From the NCBI GenBank assembly GCA_964106915.2, contig OZ066920.1: a stretch of 64,000 nucleotides of DNA. One strand, given 5' to 3'. Below, one piece after another: positions 1 to 13,069 of the stretch (positions are counted from its first letter, which is position 1; the number at the start of each line of letters is the position of its first letter). Under the pieces are notes generated by a model, which saw only the letters and a list, made by a program, of their open reading frames with translations, was not told the DNA's origin and did not search any database. This DNA comes from Podarcis gaigeae. Its lineage: Eukaryota. The position numbers were made by a program, and so were the translations under genes.

Positions 1-2121
1 CTTCTACCCCAGAGGCCCACTCCATTGTCTCTCAAGATAAACGAATGCCAACAACAAGGCTTACAAGCTCCTATTGGGCACAGGATGGAAACTGCCAGTC
101 AGGTTAGCGATATTTAGGAAAGAATAAATAGTTTGGATGTATACACCCTTCTAAGCAGGAAAATGGCCAGAAAGACATCTCATTCATGCCCAAGTGATTA
201 GACATTATTCAGGCACAGGGATCTTACAGGGTTCCCACTGTTTGGACATGCATCTGCCCAGGCACTTTGTCCCCAGTCAAGACAAGACAAGACACAAATG
301 GGGGAAAGTAATGCCCACAGTAGTCCTAGGTCAGAGGTCCTCTGTCCTAGGTATGTTGCAAGAGGCTGGCTTATATTTGGATGCTATGGGTGCTGTAAAT
401 TCTTGCACTGAGCAAGGAGCTGGATTAAAAAACAAAAGATCCCTCCCAACTCTAAAACTTTAAAGGTTGGATCCAGACTAAGTGAGGTTAACTTAGGTCA
501 TCATGAAATTAATGGGAGTTAAGTTATGACTAACTTCTTCCAGTGATGTAAGTCCAACTCCTTTGGAACAGAATTTGGAACAGTATGGTGGTATTCAAGT
601 AAGTGTTACTCAGAGTCAGAGGCACCAACTTCTCAAGATGACTGAGGGGGCCCAACACGACGTCCTGACGTCACACGTGCGCTGCCACAAGGAGCCGGGC
701 CAGATCTGAACACCCTCTGAACATTGAGGGGGCCTGCCCCCCTAAAAAAATCATGGGGGTGGACAAAAGACACATTTAAATTAATGAACATGACTAAGTT
801 TCAGTAATTTCAATGGGTCTGTCTCTCTGTAGTCAAGATTGCTCTTATTGCCTGGTTCCAGCTTCATGATTCAGTGCTCATCAGTCAATGACTGCAGCAT
901 CAGGTGGTAACTTGCACAGGTGACTGAGCCACTGCAGAGCAAACATCATCTCACATCACACCCCGCTTTTCTATGGAGTCAGATCACACTTTCAAGGGAG
1001 AGTCAGCAAATAAGCACTCAAGCAATCCCCTGGGGTTAAGGAGTCCCATTTTCATTTTAAAATTATGGTGGTGTAAAGGCTTATTCTATCTATCACAGTT
1101 AATCTGTGGTTCTTCAACAAGACTCTTTTGTTGTTTTCTCAACAATGGGAGTAATAGAATGACTCCTTGCAAGTTTTATTTGTGGCAACCAATCCAAAAC
1201 TAGAAGACAAAAACATCCATGAGGTGAGCTGCATGTGTGAATAAGCCAACACAGATCATACTTCAAGTAAAGAACAAACTCTGAACAATAATTAGTCTGA
1301 AATATGAATATATAAGAGGGGTGTGCATTGATTGGGGGGCAAATAATGAAGTGAATCATAGTGATTCAGATGTCTATCCCCTCCTGAGTAAAAGTGCAAA
1401 ATGCAATTTGCCCCCAAGTCAGAGCAGAGCTCCCTCAAAGCTTTGTCTTGCTTGTTCTCTGCTTGTACTTTTCTGTACCAATAGAGCTCTGTGTTTCCCA
1501 AAGCTCTGAGCACATGTGCTTTGCAAGAAGTGAGGTGATCCAAAATACCACTTGTGGACATTGAAAAGATACTTACCATTTCTGCTGAAAATTCATGAAC
1601 TGCTATTACAAACCATCTGCCCGCAGGGCACCCAAGAATGACTCCCATCTTTTGAGCTGTGTTACAGCAGGTTCCTGTCTTTGAATGAAAGCACCATTGA
1701 ACCCAATGAAACTTACTTCAGACTAAACATGCATAAGAGATTGGGTTTTGAGCCTTTGATTTGGTCTATGATTCTTTGAGGCACCTTCTGTTTTTGCTTT
1801 CTCCAGTGTTCCCACCATTTCTTAAAAGAACAGCCTCCTATTCAATATCTCCTCCCCACTTGTTCCTGATGTAGATCTTCACTCAACCCTTCTTCCCTGG
1901 GGGTGGGGAGTGCTATTGTGTAGTTTGCCATAGGTGCCAGCCCTAAAAACAATGCTGTATTGTGTTGCTGTTTGTCTTTCCGTGATCAACAGTAAAATGA
2001 ATAGAAATCAAATTATAATATTAGCAAATGTTTTTCTTTATTTTAAGCAAAGAAGCCATGTCACCTAAAGGGGGGGGGGGAGAGACACTTAATATTGTAT
2101 TGAAGCCATAGCTATTCATAT

Positions 2122-2124
<3 letters not shown>

Positions 2125-2162
<38 letters not shown>
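2125..2162. repeat. (GT)n microsatellite
   Basis: Seen directly. Confidence 0.98.
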
Positions 2163-2163
<1 letters not shown>

Positions 2164-5100
2164 TCAAATGCTTCCACCAGCATACAAAGTCATTGGGGAT
2201 TATTTGAACAGTGATCAAAACATTGTTCAAACCCAATGTGTAAGGTAAAGATTTTCACCAGGAACTCCCAACCTTGCAGCCTGGGCTCCAATCAAACTTG
2301 GACACAAGCAAAGACCCTCCCCCAAGGAAGAGGTTGTTATTAAACTGCTGAAACAACCTTGGGGCATGAAATTTTGCACTTTGGGGCTCTGCTTGTTCTG
2401 GTCATGAGCACAAAGCAGGTCACCTTTCATGGGCATTCCCATTTAGTTTCTGAAACATCATTCAGTTGCCAGGTCTGTGGTTCAGGTAGCAACAAAGAAC
2501 AGCAACAAAACCACACTGGGAAATGGAAGGTGAAGGAGCCGCCTTGCAAGTCATGGTTCATGCCTATTGTTGTTTTGGAGGCACCTTGATTCTGCTTTGA
2601 AGTCCTTCAGGCAGACACCTTGCCTGCTTTCTACAAAGCCTGAAGGTCATGATTTAGGCATGGAACAAATTGTTCAAAAGCAGTAGAAAGGGTTTGGCAG
2701 GTGGGAAGGGAAATTAAATTGCAGAATTTATTGCAAATTGTTTTACAATGGACATTTTCAGTTGTCCTTTATTAACGTATTTGAATTGAAGAAACAATTA
2801 GAGCAAAATGGTTGCTGCCTTTGATATCAATGTAGGCTGTTCAACATAAGGTACTGTGTTTTCCAAACATCTGCTAAGTGGGGCACACTTTTTCTGAGTT
2901 AATATTGGAGGCATGTTTTTGTTGTACTCCTTGAGAGCATTTAAAATATGAGCTCAAATGAGCCCATTTCCATTTGGCTTCCCTATGTGCTGCAAACTGG
3001 GCAACCAATGAATCAGACATGACTGACTGATCCAATATACGCACACCCAGAGCAGTGGCTCATACTTTCTTTGCTTTCCCCTGCTCTTCCACGTGTACTA
3101 TTTTGTTATCCTGTAAATGAAGTTTCTGTAACATAGGTTTTCTACACACCTCAGTATGCAGAGGTATTTGCAATCCCATAAATTGGCAGGTGAAATATGC
3201 AGATAAAAGGAACCATCAGCTGCAATCCATGACACATGTTCCAGGAAGAAACGCCCAATGAACATAACACAATTTACTTCCAAGTAGACATGACTAGGGT
3301 TGCACAGTGAGTTTCTTTCCTTGATGTAACTCTTTATGCCCTGGGAAGTTGAATTGACAGAGAGGCACAGCATGGCAAAAAAATGAAATGTGAATTTAAT
3401 CATGGAAAAGAGTACCTCCAGAGAAACAGGCATCATCTATAGCTCCACAAACAGTGAAGCCAGTCTGGACTTTGCATAGCACAGCATTTTGTTATGGATG
3501 TGATGTGCCCCTAGGTCTTTTAGTCCCCTTTAATCCCAAAATGTTAATTGACCAGACATTCTCTCCAACCCATCAAAGGCTGGGATAAACCAAGCTTTCT
3601 CTTTATATGACAGACATCCCTAGCAGTTCAATTATAGAAGGTAACGTACAGGAGAAAAAATACTGCCAGCATAATTTCCTTGAAAAATGAGGGATGGCTG
3701 GTTATTCATTTTAGGTATAAAAACAATGACTTTGAGCTACTTGAAAAGAGGTCACGTGAGACAGATGCTTCAACAAACACTCTAATCAGAAATGCCAGAT
3801 TATCTGACATTTTGGAAGGTAACTATTGCCATTTTTAGACTAGGAATTAAGTCAGACTTATTCTTGGCTGCATATTAGTGGGGTGCGGTTGTTCCACACC
3901 ACTGCATTTTTAATGAAGGTGCAGAACGGAAGGGAACGGCATAGTGGTAAGCACAGGAAGAATATATATGAAAGAGGGTTTGGTGGGGTGGGGAAATGGA
4001 AGGGGGGAGGGGAGCAGAGATCAGGAGACATATGCTGGAGCAGAATAACCTCTGGGATGCAGAAAAAATAAGCGGGGTAGTTGAGAAATGGTGACACAGA
4101 CAGACCTGTGGAGAATTGGTGGGGTAGAGACTTGGTCCAGAGAGACACAAAGGAAAGAGGGCAAAGGCTGTGAAGCACAGAGAAGAGACCAGGCATTATG
4201 GGATGGGAAGAGCAGGAGGGATGACTAAGCAGAAAAGGGGGGCAGACAAACATTTTGTGAAGTAGTGCCGAGAAGGAATCAAGTGCATGCTTTAGGGTGC
4301 AGAAAGATAAAGAGGGGTAGCAGAATGGTTTAAAAGAAAACACAGAGGAAACACTGTATTTTTAAAAAGGTTTTCCAGCACTTAAAATATTTTATTTGTT
4401 TCATTCACAAATGTATACCCTGCTTTCTCTCTCCACAAAGGGGTTGCTTCAACCAGTGTACAAATAAAAAGCAGGCATATAAGCTCCAATGATCCAACCA
4501 GCCCTCTCAAGTTAGCTAAAGTACTGATGTGACTCTCTGGGTGATCTGAGCTGGGTGCTACTGCAAGTGCAATAAGCCATTCTTATGGCTCCAGAATATG
4601 CTTGACTATTATTCCTCCCAAGGAGGAGAGCAGGAAGCTGTCACAGAGCAATAATCTGATGATGAAATAGTAGCATGATTCCTTGTGGATCACAAGGACC
4701 TTGCGGAAAATCAGCCTTAACCACTAATGAGCCTTGCAGTCTCGCCCACAGTGGAAAAGCCCAGATCCTGCATTATATGGTCAACTGGCAGAAGCCAGAA
4801 GAGACTGTCATACACACTCCTAATACATTATCCCTTTGTGTTGAATTATAATTGCAGTGTGGTGCTTTGGGAGCTAATCTGGGCTGAACAGTGCGAGTGT
4901 AATTTAGGACTACAGCAAACACTTCACAGCTGCCTGAAGATGGCAAATTCGGAGCAGCCAGCTTGTTGCCTTGTCCTGGGGTATTAGGAACCCCAAACCA
5001 GTTCATGTGATGCAGAGGTGATTTCCTTAGCAGTGAGCTGCAGAAACATCTGCTTTTCTGTTTATTTAACATTTTAATGTGTGGTGGCAAGCTACTCCTA

Positions 5101-7127
5101 TCTCCACTCCAACACTTTGAAATGAAACCGTGGCCATGTTTCTCCACTCCCCGTTATTTCCGCTCTCCCAGAGGATGCCGTCTGCTGCTAAGGTCATGCA
5201 TCTCCCTTGCTCTACCTGAACCAGAAAATCAGTTGAGGCCAGCAGCACTTGCAATGGCCACCTACCCCTGTTTAGGAGGAGGGGGAAGTAGAGTCAAAGT
5301 TCTGCAGCAAATGCCAGCGCTTTTAAAAGTGCCCCCAACCTAAGTGTTCTCTGTAGAGAAAGTATTTTCAAACTTCCCCTCTTCAGAGAACCCTTTCCAT
5401 ACTGACTTGCCTACTGAAGAACCCCCAACACATCTGTCCTGTGCTGCCCAGGATTTGGGCTAACATTCTTAAGCACGATTCTTGTGAGATATTGGCCAGG
5501 CCTGTTATCCATGATGACTGAAACCTAGAACACACCCCAATCTCCTCCAAAGCTGCAGTTTGTGAGGGCAGATTAGTAGGGGTGGGCAAGCAGTTATTAA
5601 GGGAAGATTGTCGTTACAGGTCTTTTGATTTAACAGACCTCTAAAAGCTTACACACTTGATCACAAGATGCAGTGCGCAGGTCCTGGCCCACTCAAATAT
5701 TTTAATGGGGGGGCAAAGGCACTTGGCCCCAAGGAGTTGGCTCCAATGCCCCTCAAAAACATAGTTTGGAAACCACTGCTTTATTCCACATGCTTTATTC
5801 ACAAGGCTCTGTACCCCAAAGAGGCAGAAGGATACATGAAGGTATGTCATTTTGCTTACAGTATAAAACAGAATGTCAGCCTCTGTTAAGGAAACCTTTC
5901 ATGGCTCTAAATGCACAGCCTCATCCACTGGCTCTCTACCATTCTCTTCAAGGCTCACAGTTGGAGACCCTTGAAGAGTTGAGTTCCTGACCCAGAAAGG
6001 GCCACATTGCCCAACCCTTAAGGCAGGGCAGCCTTCTGCCTGTCAGAGGTAGAACAGAGTTGCAATGGAGGCTATAAATAACTTGCCTAAGGGTTATGTA
6101 AAGACTTGTGCGCTGGAATTGCACTTGCATCCTCAAAGACAATGGGGCCGTTGCGGTTGATTCCATTGTGCTGGATCAAACCCAAAAGCCTGTGATCACA
6201 GACAAGCTTTGAACCTTTTATTTTCTCTGAAGTCCCAGGTGCTTCATCTGGAAGTCACGTGTCTTTTAAGAGATCTGAATGCATTTATTCCATCAACTGT
6301 GTTTGTGAATGAGCACAGTACAGGTTTGTTTTCATGAAAGCACCAACATTTTCAATTACTTTATTCATTTTCTTCAGTATCATTGCCACCCAGTGTAAGA
6401 GGGCAATAAAGTCCACAGCACTTTTTTGTTCCTGAGGCTTCAGTGGTGGAGATGGTGTTAATTCTTTTCTTTGCATTCTCATTACAAAGCTTGTCAACAA
6501 GCCAACTACCAAAACCACAATTGTGACTGTTTGTTTGTCCCCCAGGTTAATAGAAATGGGTTAAAATGGAGCAAGAAGAATTTTAATCATATTTCATATC
6601 CATAGACTGAAGGATTCTAATGGGACAATAGTGTTGTGTCAGTAGGGGTTGCTTCACTCTCAATTAGCTTAATTCACATTTAAAAAATGAGTGGGGCATA
6701 AGAAATGTTTTGAAGGAAGTGTCATTTCCACCTGCTGGATCCAGTTGATCTTTTCCCTTTCACTCTCTGCCCTCCCTCTTGATCTGGCCCTCTCATACCA
6801 TTCCCTCCCCTGCAGCCCATCTCCCCTTGAGTTTGCCATTCTCTCTCGGTTGGATCCCCATTCCAGCCTTCTCCTTGTTTTGCAGTTTGTGTGGAAAACT
6901 CTTTTAGACTGGCCCAAAAACCAGAACATCCAGCTTGTCTTTCTAGGAGCTGCACAAACTTGTTCTATGTTGCATCATCCTAGAGAAACCAAAGATCTTT
7001 CCTTCCTGAAGAAGGGGAAGGGCTGTAACATGGAAGTGGCATTTGGTGCAGTGGAAAAGAAAAGAAAGATGGCAGGTCTTTCTGGTGATTCCTCTTCCCA
7101 GGCTGCACATAAATCTATGCATTGACT

Positions 7128-7440
7128 AGGTAAAATGTAAAGGTAAAGGACTCCTGGATAGTTAAGTCCGTCAAACTTGACTATGGGGTTGCAGCGCTCA
7201 TCTCACTTCAGGCCAAGGAAGCCGGTGTTTGTCCACAGACAGATCCGGGTCATGTGGCCAGCAGGACTAAACCACTTCTGGTGGAATGGAACACCGTGAT
7301 GGAAGCCATGGAAACGCTGTTTACCTTCCCATTACAGCAGTACCTATTTATCTACTCGCACTGATATGCTTTCAAACTGCTACGTTGGCATGAACTGGAA
7401 CAGAACAACGGGAGCTCACCCCGTCACGGGGATTCGAACC
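7128..7440 (-). mobile_element. Sauria SINE, 5'-truncated at the B box
   Basis: (ACCTTT)n tail, Sauria SINE body, and GGTTCGAATCC B box on the minus strand. Confidence 0.9.
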
Positions 7441-10400
7441 CTTCTAAAACATACATAAGAGATTTGGGCTGTTCAGTGTCACAGGAGGTTTTAAGAAGGA
7501 ATCACACCACTAGACATTTTGAGCATGAATTTGATGTAAGGATAGAGTAGAATTTTAAAAATAATAATATAAATAAGAAGCTTACTCTCCTCATGCCTCA
7601 GTAAATAAGCAAGTTTTGCCTTGTCATCAACTAGCTCTTTAGAATGATATGGCTGACATACCGGTCACATGATTTATGGCTTTATTTTCTACCTAACCCT
7701 CTATCAAAAATATAAATGTGCTGATACAGGTATCCTTCCTTATATTCAGGGCTCATAAATAAGCATGATCTTGTCATGACAGGATTAGAAGGCACACAGA
7801 CTTCTCATAACTTTTTACATAAGTATCTATAAGGGCTGAGGCAGAGGGGATAATTTCTATATTCCATCACAGGGTTGAAAGGCACCTCTCCTTTCAGTGA
7901 TTTCTTGACGTTTACTGTGAAAGGGCAGATAAGTATTCACTTATTCCAAGGATATCAGCATGGAGCAAAATAAGATTGGTTATGTTGCTCTGTTTCATCA
8001 TCATCTTCACCATGTGATCTCTCCTTTTCTAGAATGGTGACCTGAGAAATGTCAGGTGAGAATTCAACCTATGTGTTACCACCAAACTCTGACTAAAGGA
8101 ATGAAGAAACTGCAAGAAGACTAGCCATCTCAGCCAAGGAAAATCCCCTGCATAAACAGGCCTCAGCTGGTCAGGTGATACTTCCCAACTATAAAAAAAC
8201 AGCTTCCAAATCAGATTGCCCCTCCAGCCTGAGCAGAGGTGCCAACTCTAAGAGGCCCCCAATGTTGAGAGCAATCCGTTGCAGAGGAGGCCTATCGCAG
8301 AGCCAAGTACAACAGGGAGAGCCTGGTGGCCCCTCCTCTTCCTCCTCCTGGCATGGGCTGGTGGTGGTGGCAGGAGGAGGAGGAGGAGGAAACTGAGCAC
8401 CAGAAAAGACAAGCCGCCAACCATTGAAGCCATACTGCCCCTTGGCTCCTCCAGCACCTCTGCGTCCCTGCACATTGTGTGTGTCATCGCGCACGCGCAT
8501 GCCCCCCATCTTTTTCTCAAGTTGGTGTTTGTGAATTTGAGAGACTAGACAAAGGGAGCCCCTTTTCAGTTTGCAACATGGAAAACAAGGGAGCCGGCCA
8601 TGGAGGAAGATTCTTCCGTGGGAAATTTGCTGTGCTTCTGTGCTATGCGCTGAGAAAGGGGTACCTTTATAATCAGGCAGCATTAAAGTCAAATATGTGT
8701 ATGCATGAGAGAGAATGTGATGTGTCTATGTATATGTTAAAGGGGGGTGTAAATTGAACAGTTACTAGTCATAGCAATGAGCCATTGTATGAATTCACCA
8801 AGCCTCATGGAGAAGGTGCCCTTAGTCTGCCCATGAAGAGGGAATCGTGCACATTTCCTGGTCAATATACATAAAGTGTTGTGGAATGTGCATAGCTTGA
8901 CTGAATTTTGTACATGTGCTGGGTAATGTAGAGTGTCCATTCAGTATGTACAGTCTCAAAGAAACATGACTTTTTCTAGCTATAGTTCAGAATTGTGCTT
9001 TCTAGAGCAATGTTGGTTCCATCTTTGAGTTAGATATACATTTTCTCACAACCACTGTGACATTTCTCATGTGTAAGGAATGCAGGTAAAGCCTTCTATG
9101 ACACATGGTGCATCATCTAAAACCAAAGTCTTGCTTCAGGACTATTGTTTTTACTCATATGCAATGGTGGAAATATAACTGAGCAATCCATCAGCAAAGC
9201 CGCATTTGATTACAGTGTGCTGCAAACATTCTCTCTCAGAAATCACATTGACGTTGCATACCTGTGCTAAGTTCAAAAGTCAGGTGTGCTAAGAATGGTA
9301 CTCAAGACTTGGCCTCTTGCTGCAGTCCTTGACTGTGGAGCCATCAATGCCAATTCAGCTTACTTCCTAAAACAGAAAAGGCACATTATATCATAAGAAA
9401 GTTCAGGGGAACCCTTTTTTGGCAGTACATTTGAAGAAATTGAAAGTATAAATGCCCCATTAAAAAAGCAAAGAACCCCCCCAAAAAAAAAATCAGGAGT
9501 TTAATCTGCTAGCTGATGGAGGCGTGGCATTGGTAATGAAGCCTCTGGCAGTAACTGATTGGCTGAACTTCTCCAATCCTTAGATGATCAGAGTAGAGAT
9601 AAAGCTCTAAGGGAAAAGAGGTACAGGAGTGCCAACTTGGCCCCACAACTGTGGGTGCCTGGGGCCGTGGGTGCCCAGCCGCTTCATGGGGAACTTTGTG
9701 GGTGCTCAGGCACACAGGCCCTCAGGGAGCTGGCACCTATGAAGGGGTAGAAGAAGTCAGTAACTTATTTCAGATGTAACTCTTCACTCACCCCTTCTTT
9801 CCTGGCCAGGGAAGGGGGCACCATTTTGTGGTTTGGCCCAGGTGCCAAAACGTCTTCGGCCAGTATCATGAGCTGCGGCAGGAACATCTTATGGAGTGAA
9901 GAAAGGAGACAGAAGAACATTTGCTTCTCTAAGCTTCTAACACCCCTTAACCATTAAGGGAAGGGAGCTAGGAGCATTGCAGTTGATACAGCCTGAGTAT
10001 GGTTTTTGTCATTAACAGCACCGGGTAATCTGAAGAAGGTTGTTAAAGAGGCTGCTCATCTCCCTTGCTGCAAGAATCCTCTTGGATTAGCAGGATATTA
10101 ATACTTCTCCCGTGTCAGGATATGTTTCATGGGATTTGTCAATCTCTGTCGTTACCCACATTTAACTCTGATCTTATTATTGAATGATATAGATTGTGTG
10201 GTATACAGATATTGTAAAATTAAATGCATATAAAACATCCACACCATAGTTTAAAGAATCCTGTGAACTGTTGCTTGCTCCCCTCCACAGCACTGCAGCA
10301 CCCTTGACAAACTACAGTTCCCATTATTCTTTGGGCGAAGCTACATACTTTAAAGGTGCGGTGTGGATAGCCATAGATTCTGTGCCCAGTCCTGCCTATG

Positions 10401-11010
10401 CTAGCATGGAGCTGAAACCAGCATTCCAGAGGCCAGTCTGGCATGTTGACTATGCAGGGTGAGGCTGCTTTATATCTTCAGGAAGTGAGGGGGCGAGGCG
10501 AGTTTCCTGCCAAACCTGTTGATGTCCTTTCTATTAGGAGGGTTTCTTCCAGCCCCGCTCTCCAATCCTTTTAGAGCTCATATGGGTTTTATCTAGTTTA
10601 ACCCGAGTGGAAATCCCGATTAAAACCCTATCCTGATCATGTTTATTAAACATACACTTGACTTAAGTGTCACCCCTAATTTAAACGCTGCATAACTGTA
10701 TTTGCTCCTTTAATTCAATCATTAGGGACTCAGCAGTCTCTCATTGCCTCCTGTTTTGGAAATTAGCATCATAAGTAACTACCTATAAAGATCATCCAAC
10801 AATCATTATGTCTGGCTAATTAAATGTCAGGAGATAGTTCTGCTTATTCTTCCTGAGAAAGTTCAGCAGCCTTTCTGAAGCTGATTTGCTTCTGAAGAGG
10901 AAAGAGTCATTAAAAAAAAAAAACCTGCAAAAATTAATATTAGATGCTGCCATTGGTTCATCACTACGGTTAGTATTATTAACTTGCAAAATACTATCAC
11001 AATACACACC

Positions 11011-11580
11011 ACAGAATTATAGCATTGTAGAGTTGGAAAATACGCCCAAGGGTCATCTAGTCCAACCTCCTGCAATGCAGAAATCTCAACTAAAGCATCC
11101 ATGGTAGATGGCCATCCGACCTCATTTTGTTAGTTTTGGCCCAGTTCTCCAATCTGTTAATAGCATCTTGAATCCTGATTCTGCCTCTATGGCATTGTTA
11201 CTTCTCCCCCCCCCCCCAGTTTGGTGTCAAATTTGATGCGCATCCCCTCAATTCCTTCATCCAAGTCATTTATAAAGACGTTGAACAGCACCACCCAGGA
11301 CAGAATCCTACATCACCCCACTTGCCACTTTTTCCCAGGATAACGAGGAACCTTAGTGAGTCCTCTTTGGGGTCAGTCAGTCAACCAGCTACAAACCCAC
11401 CTGACAGTGACCTGGTCCAGCCCACATTTTACCAGCTTCTCTTCAAGGTTATCATGGGGGACTTTGTCAAAAGCCTTAGTGAAATCAAGATATACTACAT
11501 CCACAGCCTTCCCCTGATCCACCAAGCTTGTAACTCTAGTTTTCAAAAAGAAATAAGATTCGTCCGGCATGACCATCATG
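11011..11580 (-). mobile_element. CR1 LINE fragment (RT region plus 3' end, internally deleted)
   Basis: ORF 11373-11681 contains TSLVDQGKAVDVVYLDFTKAFDKVPH...LVKCGLD, typical of CR1 RT. The CR1 3' tail (ttggactagatgaccc...ccaactctacaa) is at 11011-11120. Confidence 0.9.
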
Positions 11581-12004
11581 GCAGATAACCTCTCTGCTGC
11601 AGGGATGTGGGAGCATACATGTGGGGCAGTATATATTGCACTCCCCATGGAGTGTCTCTCAATGAATGCTGGACCTTGCATTATCAGCTATGAAGTGTGG
11701 GTAGGAAGGAGTGGGCAATGACTATGGGCCCTTCTACTAGTTAGAAGAGCAGGTTTTGACACAGTTTTGCCAAACTCAGATAATTTCGTCTCATGAAACT
11801 TATAGGGAACCACTAGGAATGAGGGCTGGTCTTAGCGTAGACATCTAGGGTCATCTTTCTTGTTCATGGTAGAGTGACTAGTATGATGTTCTAATATGGT
11901 CTCCCATCCAGGCACTTGCAAGATTAAAGTCACGTAACTTTAGCAGGGTTGCTACACCATATCCCTAGAGAGCATGACCTCAGACTGATTGAGGGATTGC
12001 ATAT

Positions 12005-12392
12005 TGTTATGAATGGGGGTGAGGTAACATCCCTCTAAGTATGGGCCATTAAGGTAACAAAGGAAGTGGCTCTGTGCCAGGCCTCCCTCAACTCGCTGGT
12101 AGTTAGCAAGAAAAAGGCCAGAGTTGAGAGTTGATTTACAGTATTTGTGCTAGAAGTTAGGAGCTGGCAGGCTGCAGGCTGGGCAGCTGGAGACAGAACT
12201 ATGCCTGATTTCTGATGGAATCCAAGGCTGCGGCTATGAGAGAAGCAAGACCCACTTTGGGTGTTGACGTTGTGAGCTCCTCCATCATAGGTTGCACTAT
12301 TGTGTAAATAAACCATATATCATAAAGACACCACAGTCTCTGCTGTCCCTCATTCTGAAGAAAACCAAACATTTATAGTACAATTCATAACT
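12005..12392 (+). mobile_element. Probable solo LTR
   Basis: Starts TGTTATGAAT and ends ATTCATAAC(T), giving inverted termini; internal AATAAA at ~12306; ~390 bp. Confidence 0.5.
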
Positions 12393-12915
12393 GCAAACAT
12401 AATTTGGACATAATGCCACCAAATCAGACCATTAGTCTATCTAGCCTGGTGCTGTCTACGCTGGCTGAGGCCCCTCCACACGTCCGTTTGTCCTGTGATT
12501 TCAAGTGATTTCAAGTCATGGGTCTGAGGGGGGTTGCTTTTTGTTAAAACATGTATATGCAACCCTTCATCCTATTTGGATTTCAGAGTGGTGTACAGTG
12601 TAGATAAATACAATAAAACAGAATTCTTGGAAGCAAATGAAGATTTGCACAGATAAAAATGCCTAGTCAAATAAAAATGCCTTTGGCTGCCACCAAAGAG
12701 ATTATTGTGATGCTGGTGCTGAATAAGCACACACTCTCTACTGGGAGAAGGTATAATTATTCAAAATAATATATAAAGAGAGACACAGCAAGACAATGGA
12801 TATGCAATACATGCCGCTGTTTGTTGGTGTTTTTTGCTGGTAAAATCAATTTAATCTTCTTGTTTTTGGAAATAATGCCCAATCCCATGTACTTCCACTA
12901 CACTTGATTAAATAA

Positions 12916-13069
12916 ATAAATAAATAAAAATTCCTTCCAGTAGCACCTTAGAGACCAACTAAGTTTGTCATTGGCATGAGCTTTCGTGTGCATGCACACT
13001 TCTTCAGCTGAATCTTTTTTTTTAAATTTGTTTCGACTATGGCAGACCAACACAGCCACCTACCTGAAT
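12916..13069. mobile_element. Penelope-like element terminal remnant with an internal inversion and a hammerhead-ribozyme core
   Basis: 13-bp direct repeat cttgattaaataa at 12903-12915 and 13070-13082. The minus strand reads CTGAAGA-A-GTGTGCATGCACAC-GAAAGCTCA at 12977-13007. Confidence 0.75.

Noticed and set aside
8175-8757. Cluster of overlapping ORFs up to 167 aa
   Set aside because: No recognisable domain, and (GGA)n low complexity. The weak inverted termini suggest an old DNA-transposon remnant.
11373-11681. Reverse-transcriptase-like ORF as a functional gene
   Set aside because: It is a short fragment of a decayed, internally deleted CR1.
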